Source: Bdellovibrionota bacterium (GTDB lineage Bacteria > Bdellovibrionota_C > UBA2361 > CAKMMH01). Taken from it: DNA of 64,000 nucleotides. The stretch is from positions 32,640 to 96,639 of the forward strand of contig JBMNLI010000015.1 of assembly GCA_050952645.1 (NCBI GenBank), written 5' to 3'. The notes under the pieces are model-generated. The model saw nothing but the letters and a program-made list of their open reading frames with translations, did not search any database and was not told the DNA's origin. Of this stretch, positions 62,346 through 64,000 are shown piece by piece. Both the position numbers and the translations under genes were made by a program. Every line of letters begins with the position of its first letter. The first letter of the stretch is position 1.

Positions 62346-64000
62346 ATGAAAAGTTTGATTGTAAAAAGAATTTTAAGTATAAAATTAAATAAATTTATAA
62401 ATAGGAAATTAAGTAAAAATATTTTTTCTTTAATTTTAGCATTAAGTTTTTTAACGTTTAGTGAGCCTGTTTTTGCAGATACTAATGCGAGTGAAAGCCT
62501 AGCAAAAGGAAAAGAACCCCTAGTAGAGATTGTGCTAACTCCAGCGGTAGAAACGGTTTCTAATGCTTCGGAGCTTGCCCCTAAGGCCAATGAGCTTTCA
62601 GATAATTACAATAAGCTAAGCGACAAGATTTTAGAGTTTGGAAAGTTTCTAACTAAGGCAAGAGAAAAATTAGAAAGTAATAAAGAAACTTTTAAAACTC
62701 TTAAAGACTCCTATACTCAAACTTTAGAATCGAAATATACTCAATTTAATAATATAAGTGAGATAAGGATAGCGATATGGGATTTTTCATTACAAGTCGA
62801 TAAGGATATTTCAGAGTATACATTAAAAATTACCGAGTTAAATAATATTAAAAAAGAGTGGGAAACAAGGAAGGAGAATTGGCAAAAATGGAGAAGCGAT
62901 TTTTATAAAGAGTATAACGTTATAAGAGATGTTTTTTTAACGGCAAATACGAATATAACTAATGCTTTAAACGATATTAAAAAAATAGAAAAGCCACTTT
63001 TATTAAATCAAACTGAGTTAGCTTCATTTCAAACGGATATAAAGAATGTTTTAAGAGAGATCGATACACTCCTAGGTTCTTATAAAAAAGATGTTTTTAG
63101 AAAAACAAATTTATCGTTTTTTACGAAAAATTTTTGGACGCACTTTGATGCTGAACTATACAAGACTACAAAGGAGCTAATCGCTACATCGTATACTCAA
63201 TCTATAGTAGGGATAAATCAAAAACATATTATTCAAATGGCTATAAATTTACTTTTAGCCGTTTTGATAGGTTTAGGTTTGATAAAACTAAAAAACAAAG
63301 ATATTCCTAGAGATAATATTAAGAAATTAGCTAAAAGACCGTTTTTCTACCTCTTTATTTATAAGCACTATTATAGTGGGCGTATATTTTGGGACGGATT
63401 TACCGAGTTTTATAAAAATTATTTTACTAGTGATAGTTTCCGTATGTGGTGCAAGAGCTGTGTTTTGTTTTATAGAGAGAGCATCTAGTAGGGTATTTTT
63501 AAATATTTTAGTTATCGCATTTTTGTTATCTAGATTATTCGTTTTAGTAAATATGCCTGAGCCTATAGTTAGGGTGTATATAGCGAGTGTGACGCTACTT
63601 ATTTTATTACTATGTATGAAATATAAAAAGACGGAAACGTTTTGTGGAAAAGGCATAGTTTTAAATACGGTTATGCTTTTAACTTTTTCTTCTTTTGTAG
63701 CTGAATTAGCAGGGTTTTCACAATTATCATTAAAAATTTTCGATTCATCTGTAAGATGTCTATTTAGTGGAATTTTAATTTGGCTTGCAGGAGTTTTAAT
63801 AAAGGAAGGGACTTTCGTTATATTAAACTATTCTTGGCTTTCAAGATTTAAAGTATGTAAAAATTATATATATTATATTTTAAAAAAAATAACGATTTTA
63901 ATAAATGTGCTAGTATCGTTTTTTATTTTATGTGCGGCGCTAGTAGCTTGGGGTGTTTATGGTTCGATGAATAGGGCTGTCGTAAGCGTGCGAAGTTTAG
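62346..64000 (+). pseudogene. MscK/MscS-like large membrane protein with a 1-nt frameshift; runs off the window
   Basis: Signal + coiled-coil periplasmic region; removing one T from ccgTTTTTc (63342-63346) gives a hydrophobic multi-TM frame open to 64000 (..AELAGFSQLS..LVAWGVY); channel domain itself not visible, so family is inferred. Confidence 0.55.

Overview
AT-rich bacterial chromosomal segment. The sigma54-driven motA-motB-fliLMNOPQR gene order and giant Cys-rich secreted proteins loosely suggest a deltaproteobacteria/Bdellovibrionota-like organism (inference). Housekeeping genes: end of atpD, short atpC, gcvH, tRNA-Val(TAC), hldC-gmhB fusion, fabD, alaS, dapB, tldD-like, nucleotide-sugar dehydrogenase, P-type ATPase, nuoLMN, flagellar motor/export genes, cell-wall enzymes and an MscS/MscK-like gene. 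Accessory content: (1) two tandem giant Cys-rich repeat proteins (417-bp and 807-bp internal repeats); (2) a 5-kb island with an SSS transporter, a NUDIX hydrolase and a frameshifted gene of unusual architecture (unknown domain + phospho-His domain + PPDK-type ATP-grasp + nucleotidyltransferase), followed by debris of three IS types; (3) a complete class IIC group II intron inserted into a palindrome; (4) a 47-aa six-Cys peptide ORF missed by the ORF track, with a decayed sister copy and a decayed metallopeptidase gene (RiPP-like relic); (5) two paralogous proteins with variable numbers of an ~85-aa repeat plus a propeller-like C-terminus; (6) a ~120-bp dispersed intergenic repeat family. Several frameshifts and many short in-frame tandem expansions suggest genome erosion and/or assembly indels. 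All calls are by eye from motifs; no database searches were run.
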